Assembly (NCBI GenBank): GCA_965279515.1
Contig: CBDIID010000003.1
Coordinates: 4,608,001 to 4,672,000 of the forward strand
Direction of reading: 5' to 3'
DNA: 64,000 bases
Origin: Turneriella sp.
GTDB taxonomy: Bacteria; Spirochaetota; Leptospiria; Turneriellales; Turneriellaceae
This document shows positions 36,341 through 45,847 of this stretch, piece after piece; the first letter of the stretch is position 1, and every line of letters begins with the position of its first letter. The notes under the pieces were generated by a model. The model was not told the origin of the DNA, did no database searches, and was given only the letters and a program-made list of their open reading frames with translations. Made by a program: the position numbers and the translations under genes.

Positions 36341-38251
36341 ATGCGGTCCATCATGCGATTCCCGTTTATCATCCTGCTGTTCGCGATTGCCATGGCTTCG
36401 TTTTGCCGTAAACGTGGCAGTGTCGAGCTGGGCATGGGGCTTATCCAGGCTGTGCGGGACGGTTCAGCAGGCGAGGTGCGTGACCTGATCCAGTCAGGTG
36501 CGTCGCTGAATGCCCGCGACGAGAACGGCGAAATTCTCTGGCGCGTCGCACTCGAGCATTATAACAAAGCCGTGTGGGAAGTTCTCACCGAAAACAATAT
36601 TGATCTGACACAACCGGATTCCAATGGCAGTTTCGCCGTTCATGTGGCGACGGTAAACGGTCTCGCCGATGCCTCTGAACGTATTTTGAAACTCAATTCG
36701 GGCAAACTGCAGTTAAGTGCCAGTGGCGACACACCCGTGATATCCGCTTCGCGTTATGGTATGGAGCGCACGCTCAAAGTCCTGGCCGGTTATTTTCACG
36801 AAGCCAATGAACGCAACAAATTAGGCGACACCGCCTTGATCGAATCGGCACGCTCGGGCAACATCAAGGCTGTGGAAATGATTCTGAAATACCGGCCGCA
36901 GATACCGCTGGCGAATTATTTCGGGCAAACGGCCGTATCGCAGGCTCGGTATTATTATTTTATGGATATTGTGCGGCTGCTCGAAGGTTTCGGCGCCGAA
37001 AATCCCGAAGCGAGCAAAGAGCTGTTGATCGCCGCGCGCGAGAAAAATCTCGGCAAGGCGCAGGGCGCAGTGGGTCGCGGCGCGAACGTGAACGTCGTCG
37101 ACGAAAAAGGTTATTCGCCGCTTTCTTATTCGGTCGAACTCGCTGATGCGCCGATGATCGAATTCCTGCGCAGTAAAGGCGCGATGAATGCGCTGGCCAG
37201 CCGGCGCCTGCTCCTGGCTATCCGCAACGACAGCGTCGATGTTTTTAATACCTCGCTCAACGAATACGCCGACCCGAACTACACCGACAAAGATTTGCAG
37301 ACGCCTCTGCTCATTGCCTCGGCATTTGGTAATTTCGAGATGGTGAAGTCGTTGCTCGATCGTGGCGCCCAAGTGCAGGCGCGCGATAAAGATGGCTACT
37401 CGGCAGCGTTCTATGCCGCGCAGGAAAACCGCGTGCGTATTCTCGACGAACTCATTAACCGCAAGGCCGACCTCGCACGGAAAAATAATTTCGGATATAC
37501 GCCGCTGATTCTCGCCGCAGCGAAAGGGCATGTCGAGGCCGTGCGGCGGCTCGTTGATGCCGGGGTCGACGTCAATGCGACGGCCGACAACGGCGGTACC
37601 GCTGCATACTGGGCGGCGATCAAAGATTATGATGAAATTGTGAAGATCCTGGTTGGGGCAGGGGCTGTCGATCCCAAGAACAACAAAGAACTCGTGATGG
37701 CGGCGCGCACCAACGATGTCGAACGTGCCGCGCGCGCATTGCAGGCGAACATCAACATCGACCTCAAGAACGAGGATGGTTATACGGCGCTCATGTATGC
37801 TGTGAATTCGGGATCGACCGATGTTGCGAAGGTTATTCTCGACCACCGCGCGCGCATCAATCTGCAAGACCGCGACGGCTATTCGGCGCTGATGATCGCG
37901 TCATTCCGCGGCAACGGCGAAATGATGGAATTCCTGCTCACGTATAAGCCCGATGTCAATCTCAGGCACCGCAGCGGGCGCACGGCGCTCATTATGGCAA
38001 CCTGGAAGGGCACGCCGCAGATGGTGGAGCGGCTGCTGAAAGCCGGGGTTCGGGTCAATGACCAGGATCTCGACGGCTGGACGGCGCTCATGTTTGCCGC
38101 GCATGAGGGCAGCATGGAAAAGGTCAATATTCTGACCAATGCACGGGCCCTCGCCAAGATCAAAAACAAAAAGGGACAAACCGCCCAGGACCTCGCCGAA
38201 GACCGCAACGCGGCCGACATTGCCGCCTTTCTCGCAGAGAGAAAGGCTTAA
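36341..38251 (+). CDS. Ankyrin-repeat lipoprotein
   Basis: Lipobox AMASF-C and many G.T(P/A)L..A ankyrin repeats. Confidence 0.92.
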   Translation: MRSIMRFPFIILLFAIAMASFCRKRGSVELGMGLIQAVRDGSAGEVRDLIQSGASLNARDENGEILWRVALEHYNKAVWEVLTENNIDLTQPDSNGSFAVHVATVNGLADASERILKLNSGKLQLSASGDTPVISASRYGMERTLKVLAGYFHEANERNKLGDTALIESARSGNIKAVEMILKYRPQIPLANYFGQTAVSQARYYYFMDIVRLLEGFGAENPEASKELLIAAREKNLGKAQGAVGRGANVNVVDEKGYSPLSYSVELADAPMIEFLRSKGAMNALASRRLLLAIRNDSVDVFNTSLNEYADPNYTDKDLQTPLLIASAFGNFEMVKSLLDRGAQVQARDKDGYSAAFYAAQENRVRILDELINRKADLARKNNFGYTPLILAAAKGHVEAVRRLVDAGVDVNATADNGGTAAYWAAIKDYDEIVKILVGAGAVDPKNNKELVMAARTNDVERAARALQANINIDLKNEDGYTALMYAVNSGSTDVAKVILDHRARINLQDRDGYSALMIASFRGNGEMMEFLLTYKPDVNLRHRSGRTALIMATWKGTPQMVERLLKAGVRVNDQDLDGWTALMFAAHEGSMEKVNILTNARALAKIKNKKGQTAQDLAEDRNAADIAAFLAERKA

Positions 38252-38324
38252 AGGCCGGGGAAGAATTGGCCGTTAATAATGACAGCGGCCAAAGGAAAAA
38301 ATCCGCCGCAACGGGAATAATGCA

Positions 38325-39053
38325 ATGTTGAAAAAGAAGCTGCTCATATTCGCATCTCTGGCCATAACCGGCGTCTGCGGCGTCCTGTGGGCGCAGAAGA
38401 TCATCGACCCGCAGGTGATCGCCCAGCAGGAAGAACAGAAGAAAAAGGCCGACGATTCGGGCTATGCCGATATTGAGATCGATAATTTACACCGCGAAAT
38501 CGCTATGCTGGCACCCAGGGCCGCCCCGCGGATGACCAAGGACCAGGACGGGGGCTTAAGCCTCGAAGTTGCATCGGGCGAATCGATTAAGACAATTTCC
38601 CTGCGTTATCTCTATAATGGCCGCATCATCCTCTATCCTTCAGGCGACACAAAGGCGCCCAAGCTCACGAAGATCAAATTGGTCTTTGAACGTACGAATC
38701 CTTTTGGTAAGGAATACAAACGGGAAAAACGCGAAGTGCTGAACGCCACGCCGCTGTTTTTCGACAACCCTGAGCAGAAAGAGGGCGCCCAGCGCGTTGA
38801 GCCAAAGGTTGACCGCAACGACGATATCGTTGTCACGTATTTCGAATCCGAATTCGATGCCCGCGGCCAGGAAACTTTCAAAGAGAAAGAGAAGGTGGAG
38901 CTCAAAACGATACCCTTCTATGAAAAGAAGATCGACTTTGTCGAAACGTATAAAAAATACCTGCGCCGTACTGCGAAATCGCTCCGCTTCACCGTGGAAT
39001 CGATTGAAATCACCCAGAAAAAGAAACTCAGAGACCTGTTCGAGCTGAAGTAG
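38325..39053 (+). CDS. Secreted hypothetical protein
   Basis: Signal peptide ending LWA-Q; long ORF. Confidence 0.7.
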   Translation: MLKKKLLIFASLAITGVCGVLWAQKIIDPQVIAQQEEQKKKADDSGYADIEIDNLHREIAMLAPRAAPRMTKDQDGGLSLEVASGESIKTISLRYLYNGRIILYPSGDTKAPKLTKIKLVFERTNPFGKEYKREKREVLNATPLFFDNPEQKEGAQRVEPKVDRNDDIVVTYFESEFDARGQETFKEKEKVELKTIPFYEKKIDFVETYKKYLRRTAKSLRFTVESIEITQKKKLRDLFELK

Positions 39054-39067
39054 ATGGGGTTGCGCCA

Positions 39068-41719
39068 ATGAGTCACGCATTCGAACATGCGTGCCGGCGT
39101 TGCGCCCGGAATTTTTCCCCACGCGTCGACCTGGAAGTCTTTGCCGTATTGACGGCGGTCTGCCCGTACTGCGGCTTTAACCACGGCTACGACAACCGCG
39201 AAGGGAAAATCCTCCGCCTTGTATCGGAGAAGTACGGTGTGCTTCGTTCGGAAAGGCGCGAGGAAGCGCCGCCGTTGCGCGATGAACCCGTGGCCGCGCC
39301 CGGTGCGCGGTATGAAGAACCCGCGAAATCTTTTTTTGCCCCCGCGGTTGTCGAAGAAAAGACACTACATGAGAGTGCGGATGAAGCTCCCGCAGCCGAA
39401 GCCGCACCACAGATTCCCGAATATCCTTATGAACGTTACGAAGTTCCCGAGACGGTAGAGTCAACCGCTGTTGTCAGAGATACCGCCGCGCCCTGGTATG
39501 CCGGTGCCCAAAACGCATGGCATACCGGAAAAGACTATCTGGCAAACCTGAGTATGCGGCGTATGCTTGTGGCGGGTGGCGCCGCGGCTTTTGCCTTCTT
39601 TGCGACGATACTCATGATCCAGGCAATTCCGGTGTCTTCGGAAGAGGCGCGTCAGGCGATCGCATCGCTTAAGGCGCGCCAGGCCGATGTCGTGCTCGAC
39701 CGCAACGGCCATGAGCTCAACAAGCTCGGCGTCTCACAATCGGACAAAGCCGAGCTCAGCGAGTTCCATAAGTGGCAGCTCGACGCCTTACTTTTTGCCG
39801 AAGACCGCAAGTTTTACGAACACCATGGCGTGCAGTACAGTTCGATTCTGCGCGCAGTGCTCAACAATGCGCTGCGCCTGCGTTATGCGCAGGGCGCGTC
39901 GACCATTACGCAGCAGCTCGCACGGATTATCCTGCAGAACCGCAAAAAAAGTATTTTCCGTAAGCTGACCGAGGTGCGCCTGGCCCGCGCGCTCGAAGTT
40001 GTGCTCTCGAAACAGAAGATTCTCGATCTCTACGTCAATAACGTTTACCTGGGGCACGGGAACTATTCTTTTGCATCGGCGGCAAAATTTTATTATAACA
40101 AAACCATCCGCGAGCTGACGGTGAACGAGTTTCTCTCGATCGTGGCTTTGATTCCTTCGCCCGAGAAATTCTCGCCGCTCAAGAATAACCGCCGGCTGCT
40201 TGCACGGATGCAGAATTTATATGATGGCATGACAGCCGCCGGCATTATTAATTTACCCGCCGCATCATGGCAAAGGGGGATGGACTCCGTCACCGAGCAA
40301 TCGGGTCGCTTTGCGAGTGAGACCGCTTTCGGTGAAAAATCGCGCTCGGGCCTGTGGCCCGCTCAGTTCGCGCGCGACTTTCTCATGCAGCGGAAAATCC
40401 TGTTTGCCGAAAACCAGAATTCTGCCCGCGTCTATACAACCATCGATGCAGAGCTCCAGGAAAAAGCCGAAGACCTCGTGCATAAACACCTGGAACGCGG
40501 CCGGAAAAACTTCCGCGGTGTGCTGAAAAGCGACGACTCGGATGAAATCCGCCTGAAAACCAAATTGCGCCGCGCGGCCTATGATTCAGGCCTCATGCTC
40601 GAAATCGGCGGCCTGAACGTTGCGCGCGAAGCCGAACCGCAACTGCAGGCGGCTCTCATTGCCGTGTCGCCGCGTACGGGCGAGATTCTTGCGATGGTTG
40701 GTGGCGACAGCTTTGAAAGTAAAAACCAGCTGAACCGCACGGTGCAGATGCGCCGGCAGACGGGCTCTGCGATTAAACCCTTCATCTATGCGAAAGCGAC
40801 GAGCCTGCACCTGATCCATGCGGCGAGCCTCATCGACGATTCGCCCTATGTTGTCGGGTCGGGATCCAAAGTCTGGGCGCCGGAAAATATCAACGGTGGT
40901 TTCGAAGGACCGATGCCCGCGCGCGACGCACTCGCGAAATCGCGTAATATTCCCGCTATCAGGGTAGGGCGGCTTGTTGGCCGCGACGGTATCACAGAGC
41001 TTTTCTCCGAATTCTTTTTCCAGAGTGAGAATGCCCTCGCCGAGCGTTTCAGTTATGATGAGACCGTGGCGATCGGTACGATCTCGCTGTCACCCCTCGA
41101 GATGGCGCGGGCCTTCTCTGTTTTCGCCAACAACGGTTTTCTGAACGACCCCATTCTCATCACGCGGGTCGAAGGTCATGAGAAGGTCATGGACCTGCGA
41201 AAGACCCACGCCGATCAGCTGGGCCTGACGGCGGCAGCGAAAGAACGCCTGTTGTCGGCAGCGGAAACGGCGCTTATGGTATCGCTGCTGAAAAGCTCGG
41301 GCCGCAATTCGGGCAGCGGCCTGCCGAATGTCATCGGCAAAACAGGCACTTCATCGGAATCGCGCGACCTGTGGTTTGTCGGCGGCGGAAAAGATATCAT
41401 CGTGGCGGTCTGGTTTGGTTTCGACGATATGCGTTATTCGATTCCCGGTGCCACGGGCTCTGCGCTGGCTTCGAAACTGGCGGGTGATTTCCTCGGCAAA
41501 GATTTTACGCCGGTGGATTTCAAGATGCAGCCCGGCATGGTACGCATGCGCATCTGTCCGCTATCGGGCAAAATTGCTTCCGAAGGTTGTTCGCATGCAC
41601 GCAGCGAAATTTTCCTCAGCGGCGTATTGCCCGAAGGTGAATGCCTGCACGGCAGCGGCGGCGCATCGTCCGGCGAGTCAGATTTTATGGCCGTGATGGG
41701 CGATTCACAATTCCGGTGA
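39068..41719 (+). CDS. Class A penicillin-binding protein (PBP1A family) with N-terminal zinc ribbon
   Basis: Transglycosylase EDRKFYEHHG and GASTITQQLAR; transpeptidase SAIK, SRN, KTGT; N-terminal CRRC..CPYC. Confidence 0.92.
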   Translation: MSHAFEHACRRCARNFSPRVDLEVFAVLTAVCPYCGFNHGYDNREGKILRLVSEKYGVLRSERREEAPPLRDEPVAAPGARYEEPAKSFFAPAVVEEKTLHESADEAPAAEAAPQIPEYPYERYEVPETVESTAVVRDTAAPWYAGAQNAWHTGKDYLANLSMRRMLVAGGAAAFAFFATILMIQAIPVSSEEARQAIASLKARQADVVLDRNGHELNKLGVSQSDKAELSEFHKWQLDALLFAEDRKFYEHHGVQYSSILRAVLNNALRLRYAQGASTITQQLARIILQNRKKSIFRKLTEVRLARALEVVLSKQKILDLYVNNVYLGHGNYSFASAAKFYYNKTIRELTVNEFLSIVALIPSPEKFSPLKNNRRLLARMQNLYDGMTAAGIINLPAASWQRGMDSVTEQSGRFASETAFGEKSRSGLWPAQFARDFLMQRKILFAENQNSARVYTTIDAELQEKAEDLVHKHLERGRKNFRGVLKSDDSDEIRLKTKLRRAAYDSGLMLEIGGLNVAREAEPQLQAALIAVSPRTGEILAMVGGDSFESKNQLNRTVQMRRQTGSAIKPFIYAKATSLHLIHAASLIDDSPYVVGSGSKVWAPENINGGFEGPMPARDALAKSRNIPAIRVGRLVGRDGITELFSEFFFQSENALAERFSYDETVAIGTISLSPLEMARAFSVFANNGFLNDPILITRVEGHEKVMDLRKTHADQLGLTAAAKERLLSAAETALMVSLLKSSGRNSGSGLPNVIGKTGTSSESRDLWFVGGGKDIIVAVWFGFDDMRYSIPGATGSALASKLAGDFLGKDFTPVDFKMQPGMVRMRICPLSGKIASEGCSHARSEIFLSGVLPEGECLHGSGGASSGESDFMAVMGDSQFR

Positions 41720-42735
41720 CATCTTCGCCGCACCTCGTTCTTATTGCAATTTTTTCTTTTCTTGTCTTCAGTCCGCTCGCCGCGAAACAGTCGGCGTATC
41801 AGCGTGCGCAGGCGCTACTGGAGGATGACCCCCGCGAGGCTGAGGCGCTCTTAGTGCATTTCATCAGGCAGACGGGCAACGATAAGCTGAAGCGCGCGGC
41901 AGCGCATGAACTTTTTACACTGCGCCTCAAGCAGGGTCGTCTCGCGGAAGCTTTTCTCCAGGCGAAATCATCGGGTTTTAAAAAGAGATTTCTGTCGGCT
42001 GTCGAAGAGGGATTAAAAGTTTCGGAAAGTTCAGCCGGCCGCCTTGTCGCGGCGTTGCGGCAGGAGTGCGATGCCGGTGGCGATGCGGAAAAGATCGCTA
42101 TACTGCTGGGGAAAAACAAATTCCCTGTGGCTGCGTATAATTTTTCACTCACGGTGCTTGAGCGTTGCAAGGTCGAAGGGAGTGAGGCTATACTGCCGGA
42201 TTTTCCGGAGGAAGCGGAGAAGGTCGATGCACGCACGCTGAGCCTTGCACTTTTGGAAATCCGCGCAGCGATCAGCCGCGACGACACCGAAGAGGCCGAA
42301 GCCCTGCTGACCGAGGTGCGCAAAACCGCAGCAAATTTCCTGGAAAAGGAACCGGCATTTGCGCTACAACTGGATTTCACCGAGGCTCGCCTTTTTTCAA
42401 AAAAAGAAGATTTTAAGGCACTGGGTAACCGCTGCGCGGCTATCGAAAAAAAGAAACCGGCGCGTTGGCTGCGCAATGCCTGTCGTTTTATGACGGCGTA
42501 TGCGTATCTTAAACAGGAAAAATATGCCGAAGCTTATGCCAGGATCGCCAATCTTAAAATCGTACCTGTGGAGACGGACAACCGCCTGCTGCGCCTGACC
42601 GCCGCCGTCGCCGCCGATGAGGAGATACCGGAAAAACTCGAAAAATTTATGCGGCGTCGCTCGTATCCGGAATGCGCAGAGGTGCTGCGCAAACTCGCTG
42701 AAGAGATTTTGGAAATAAAGGCGCAAAATAGATAG
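41716..42735 (+). CDS. Secreted alpha-helical (TPR-like) hypothetical protein
   Basis: GTG 41716 overlaps the PBP TGA; signal peptide follows. Confidence 0.65.
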   Translation: MTSSPHLVLIAIFSFLVFSPLAAKQSAYQRAQALLEDDPREAEALLVHFIRQTGNDKLKRAAAHELFTLRLKQGRLAEAFLQAKSSGFKKRFLSAVEEGLKVSESSAGRLVAALRQECDAGGDAEKIAILLGKNKFPVAAYNFSLTVLERCKVEGSEAILPDFPEEAEKVDARTLSLALLEIRAAISRDDTEEAEALLTEVRKTAANFLEKEPAFALQLDFTEARLFSKKEDFKALGNRCAAIEKKKPARWLRNACRFMTAYAYLKQEKYAEAYARIANLKIVPVETDNRLLRLTAAVAADEEIPEKLEKFMRRRSYPECAEVLRKLAEEILEIKAQNR

Positions 42736-42768
42736 TGACGCCGTGCCGGGGCATTTCATCCTATTCAT

Positions 42769-45135
42769 ATGGCGAAAGTTAAAAAGCCCGGTGTCGTCGA
42801 TCGGACGAAAGATTTCTTCCTGAAAACTCTCTCCGGCGATTTTGACGAAACCCGCAAGTTCCAGCGGCGCCTGCAAACATCGATCAAATTCGGCATCGCT
42901 GCGGTGAACAAGTTTCTGGACGATGACGTGCTGTCAAAAGCGGCCGCCATCAGTTATGCGATCGTCGTCAGCTTTGTCCCCACGCTTGTCGTGGTGATGA
43001 TGCTGGGTTCCCGTTTTATCAATATCGAAGAACATTTCGATCAGTTGAACAATATGGCACGCCTCAGCGGTATGCAGATGGACCTCGAGCCTTATTTTAA
43101 TATTATCCGCGATTTTTTGAGAAATGCCGGTGCGATCGGCGGGATAGGATTGCTGGTGCTGATGTTTTCGGCAACGAGTGTGCTCAGAAACATCGAAGAT
43201 TCGATCAACAGAATCTGGCGCGTCAACCGCAGGCGGCCGATCGTGCAGAAGATCGCAGGTTTCATGATGGTAATCATCTTCGGCCCCCTGATTCTCGCGA
43301 TAGGCATCAGCTCGGCGCAGTGGGTTGTGCAGCAATTTGCGTCGCCGAATATCGGCCAGGTCAAAGTCGTGCGTGATACCGTGCAGATTCTCGGCGATCA
43401 GCATCTCTTTCTCGTGCAAAATGAGAAGGGAAAGCCGTTTCGGGAGAAGAATATCCTCAAACTCACGGATTTTAAAGCGGATAATGAAGTCATCGTCTAC
43501 AATCCGGCGCGAAACGTTATTCTGCCCGCGGACAGAAAAGACGTCTATGATCATGCGTCGCCGGCGACACGCAAGGGATTGCGCGATTCCATTTTCAGTG
43601 ATTATGCGCGCGTAGGCAATCGGGAATTTATTACGACGGAAAACGGCATTCTCGTCATGAGCAAAGACAACGGGCAAACATACCATGTGCGGAGGTTTTA
43701 CCGCCAGCACCGTGATCTCGTCGCAGAAACCGGTTTTAACCGTATTCAGTTTATAAGCGACCGCCAGGGTATCATTGCCGGCGACGACGGATTAATCCTG
43801 CGCACAACGGATGGCGGTGATACGTGGCAACCAGCCCACCAGCCAGGCGTTAACAGGCGACTTCGAGAGATTGCTCCTGTGAAACAGGGAGCGTGGGTCG
43901 TGCTCGGTGAAGATAACGCGGCGCTGATAACCGAAGACGGCGGCGAAACCTTCAAGCCCTACGAGGAACTCCTGAAAGCTGTCGGAAACAGGAAGGTGGC
44001 ATTTACGGGGCTTGCGCTGTCTGACCGTGCCGGTTATGCTGTCGGCGAGGCCGGGACTTTACTTGTGACCCGCGACCGCGGTCTGACCTGGAAATCCACC
44101 AGCATGGCCCCGAATATGTTCTTTGAAGACGTGGCGGTCGCGCCGAATGGCGTTGCCGTTGCAGTGGGTTTAGACGGATTGATCCGTTATTCAGAGTTCT
44201 TACCTGACGGGTCCATCCAGTGGCGGGAAGGCAAGGCAGACCGCGACGTGAACCTGCACGCGGTGCGTTATTATGCCAAAGAAAATAGTTTTGTGATTGG
44301 CGGGGATCATTACCACATGCTTTCGCATCAAATGACTTCGGTAAAGTATCCCGACGTCAGGGAATTTACAATCATTCAGAAAGCCCCGTTCTGGCGTCGG
44401 CTGGTTTCCGCGCTGGGGAACGTGTTGATACCGTTTCTTGTGATCTTCATCCTGTTCTTCCTGATTTATAAGGTGATTCCTTTTACCAATGTCGATTTCA
44501 AGGCGGCTGCGATAGGCGCTGCGGCGACTTCAATATCGTGGGTGATTTTTCTCCTCTTGTACAAGTTTTACGTAATGAATTTCTCCAAGGGGACTGCAGC
44601 GCTGTATGGTACTTTGGCGCTGGTCCCTCTGACCCTGCTCTTGCTCTATGTGTCGGCGCTCATCGTGCTGATCGGCGCCGAGATCGCTTTCTTTGTGCAG
44701 TATCCGCAGATGTTCCGCATGGACCAGAAGGCCAGTCTCGAAGAGCGGCAGAAACGGCAACTCTGGTACGGGCTGAGTCTCTTGCATAAGCTGATCGATA
44801 GTTTTAACAAGGGCAAGAACGACTGTACCACGGATACTCTGGTCAGTCATTGTAACGGCGACCAGGAGGAGTTTAAATTCCTCACGGACCGGCTAAAAGA
44901 GAAGGGGTATATCACGGAGACAGACGAGCACAAATGGCTCCTGACGATGAATCCCGATTTGATTCAGGTGGCTGAAATTGTCGAAGTGCTCGACCCGTCA
45001 GATTATTCGATTCCCGCTTATAGCCCCAAGAATCCGTTCATGCGCTCGGTTAAGGCTTACCTTGAGGAGCTCGAAGCAACCAAGGGCAAAGTGTTCCGTA
45101 AGGTGACCTTTTCCGATCTGATGACCCAAAAATAG
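42769..45135 (+). CDS. YihY/BrkB family membrane protein with inserted BNR/YCF48-like propeller and C-terminal wHTH-like region
   Basis: AAAISY..VSFVP, NRIWRV, YG.LA..P..LL..Y....IVLIGAEI; internal SKDNGQTY, TTDGGDTW, TEDGGETF and TRDRGLTW Asp-boxes. Confidence 0.85.
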   Translation: MAKVKKPGVVDRTKDFFLKTLSGDFDETRKFQRRLQTSIKFGIAAVNKFLDDDVLSKAAAISYAIVVSFVPTLVVVMMLGSRFINIEEHFDQLNNMARLSGMQMDLEPYFNIIRDFLRNAGAIGGIGLLVLMFSATSVLRNIEDSINRIWRVNRRRPIVQKIAGFMMVIIFGPLILAIGISSAQWVVQQFASPNIGQVKVVRDTVQILGDQHLFLVQNEKGKPFREKNILKLTDFKADNEVIVYNPARNVILPADRKDVYDHASPATRKGLRDSIFSDYARVGNREFITTENGILVMSKDNGQTYHVRRFYRQHRDLVAETGFNRIQFISDRQGIIAGDDGLILRTTDGGDTWQPAHQPGVNRRLREIAPVKQGAWVVLGEDNAALITEDGGETFKPYEELLKAVGNRKVAFTGLALSDRAGYAVGEAGTLLVTRDRGLTWKSTSMAPNMFFEDVAVAPNGVAVAVGLDGLIRYSEFLPDGSIQWREGKADRDVNLHAVRYYAKENSFVIGGDHYHMLSHQMTSVKYPDVREFTIIQKAPFWRRLVSALGNVLIPFLVIFILFFLIYKVIPFTNVDFKAAAIGAAATSISWVIFLLLYKFYVMNFSKGTAALYGTLALVPLTLLLLYVSALIVLIGAEIAFFVQYPQMFRMDQKASLEERQKRQLWYGLSLLHKLIDSFNKGKNDCTTDTLVSHCNGDQEEFKFLTDRLKEKGYITETDEHKWLLTMNPDLIQVAEIVEVLDPSDYSIPAYSPKNPFMRSVKAYLEELEATKGKVFRKVTFSDLMTQK

Positions 45136-45172
45136 GGTTATCCCCCATGAAAAAGCCGCCGACACTCAAAAG

Positions 45173-45847
45173 GTGAGGGCGGCTTTTTTTTCAGTATTGC
45201 TGGTACTTTGCCTGCCCGCTGCCGCCTCTGCACAACTCAGGCTCGATTATTATTATGACCAATCCGGCATGTTCACAAAATTTTCCGATTGGGTGCCCAA
45301 GCGGCTGCACCAGTGGAAGCCGCAGTTTGTTGAGGATTTTTTCCTGTTCTACGGCTTTAAACAGCATTCGCAGCAGGAAGAAATCCGCAGGAATATCTTT
45401 TTCCTGAAGATTGCCCTCGAAAAAAAGTTCCGCCATCCGCGCGAGGCGCTCTGCCTTATCCATAACCCGCAGGAATACCACAAATACCGCATGCTCATGC
45501 ATATGCACCTGAACCTGCAGATTATGAGATCGTACCTGCGCCTGGGATCGCTGTTTGACAAAAGGCATCTCTATTTCTACAACCTCGATTTTGCCCCTGA
45601 ACTTAAAAACTCATTCGCCGTGGCCGAAGGTTATTATCGCGAATCCATGCCCTACTGGAAAAAGGCGCGCGACCTGGCCATCGAGGCGTCTTCGTACAAT
45701 TTCGAGATCGATATGCCGGGCCTCGAGTCGATTCGGGCCGATATTCTTGCCGGCGACATCGATTATACGGTGTTCACGGGGAATCACCTTTTGCGTTTGA
45801 AACAGAAACAGCAAGAGGTCGAGAATTGGCTGGCGCAGAAAAAATAG
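45173..45847 (+). CDS. Secreted hypothetical protein
   Basis: Signal peptide; aromatic-rich; overlaps folK-panB. Confidence 0.7.
   Translation: MRAAFFSVLLVLCLPAAASAQLRLDYYYDQSGMFTKFSDWVPKRLHQWKPQFVEDFFLFYGFKQHSQQEEIRRNIFFLKIALEKKFRHPREALCLIHNPQEYHKYRMLMHMHLNLQIMRSYLRLGSLFDKRHLYFYNLDFAPELKNSFAVAEGYYRESMPYWKKARDLAIEASSYNFEIDMPGLESIRADILAGDIDYTVFTGNHLLRLKQKQQEVENWLAQKK

Noticed and set aside
38325..39053. Possible flagellar sheath (FcpB-like) protein
   Set aside because: Only a vague resemblance from memory; cannot be supported without an alignment.
41641..41715. Upstream start of the 364-aa ORF
   Set aside because: Lies inside the PBP gene; GTG 41716 gives a GTGA overlap and a signal peptide.
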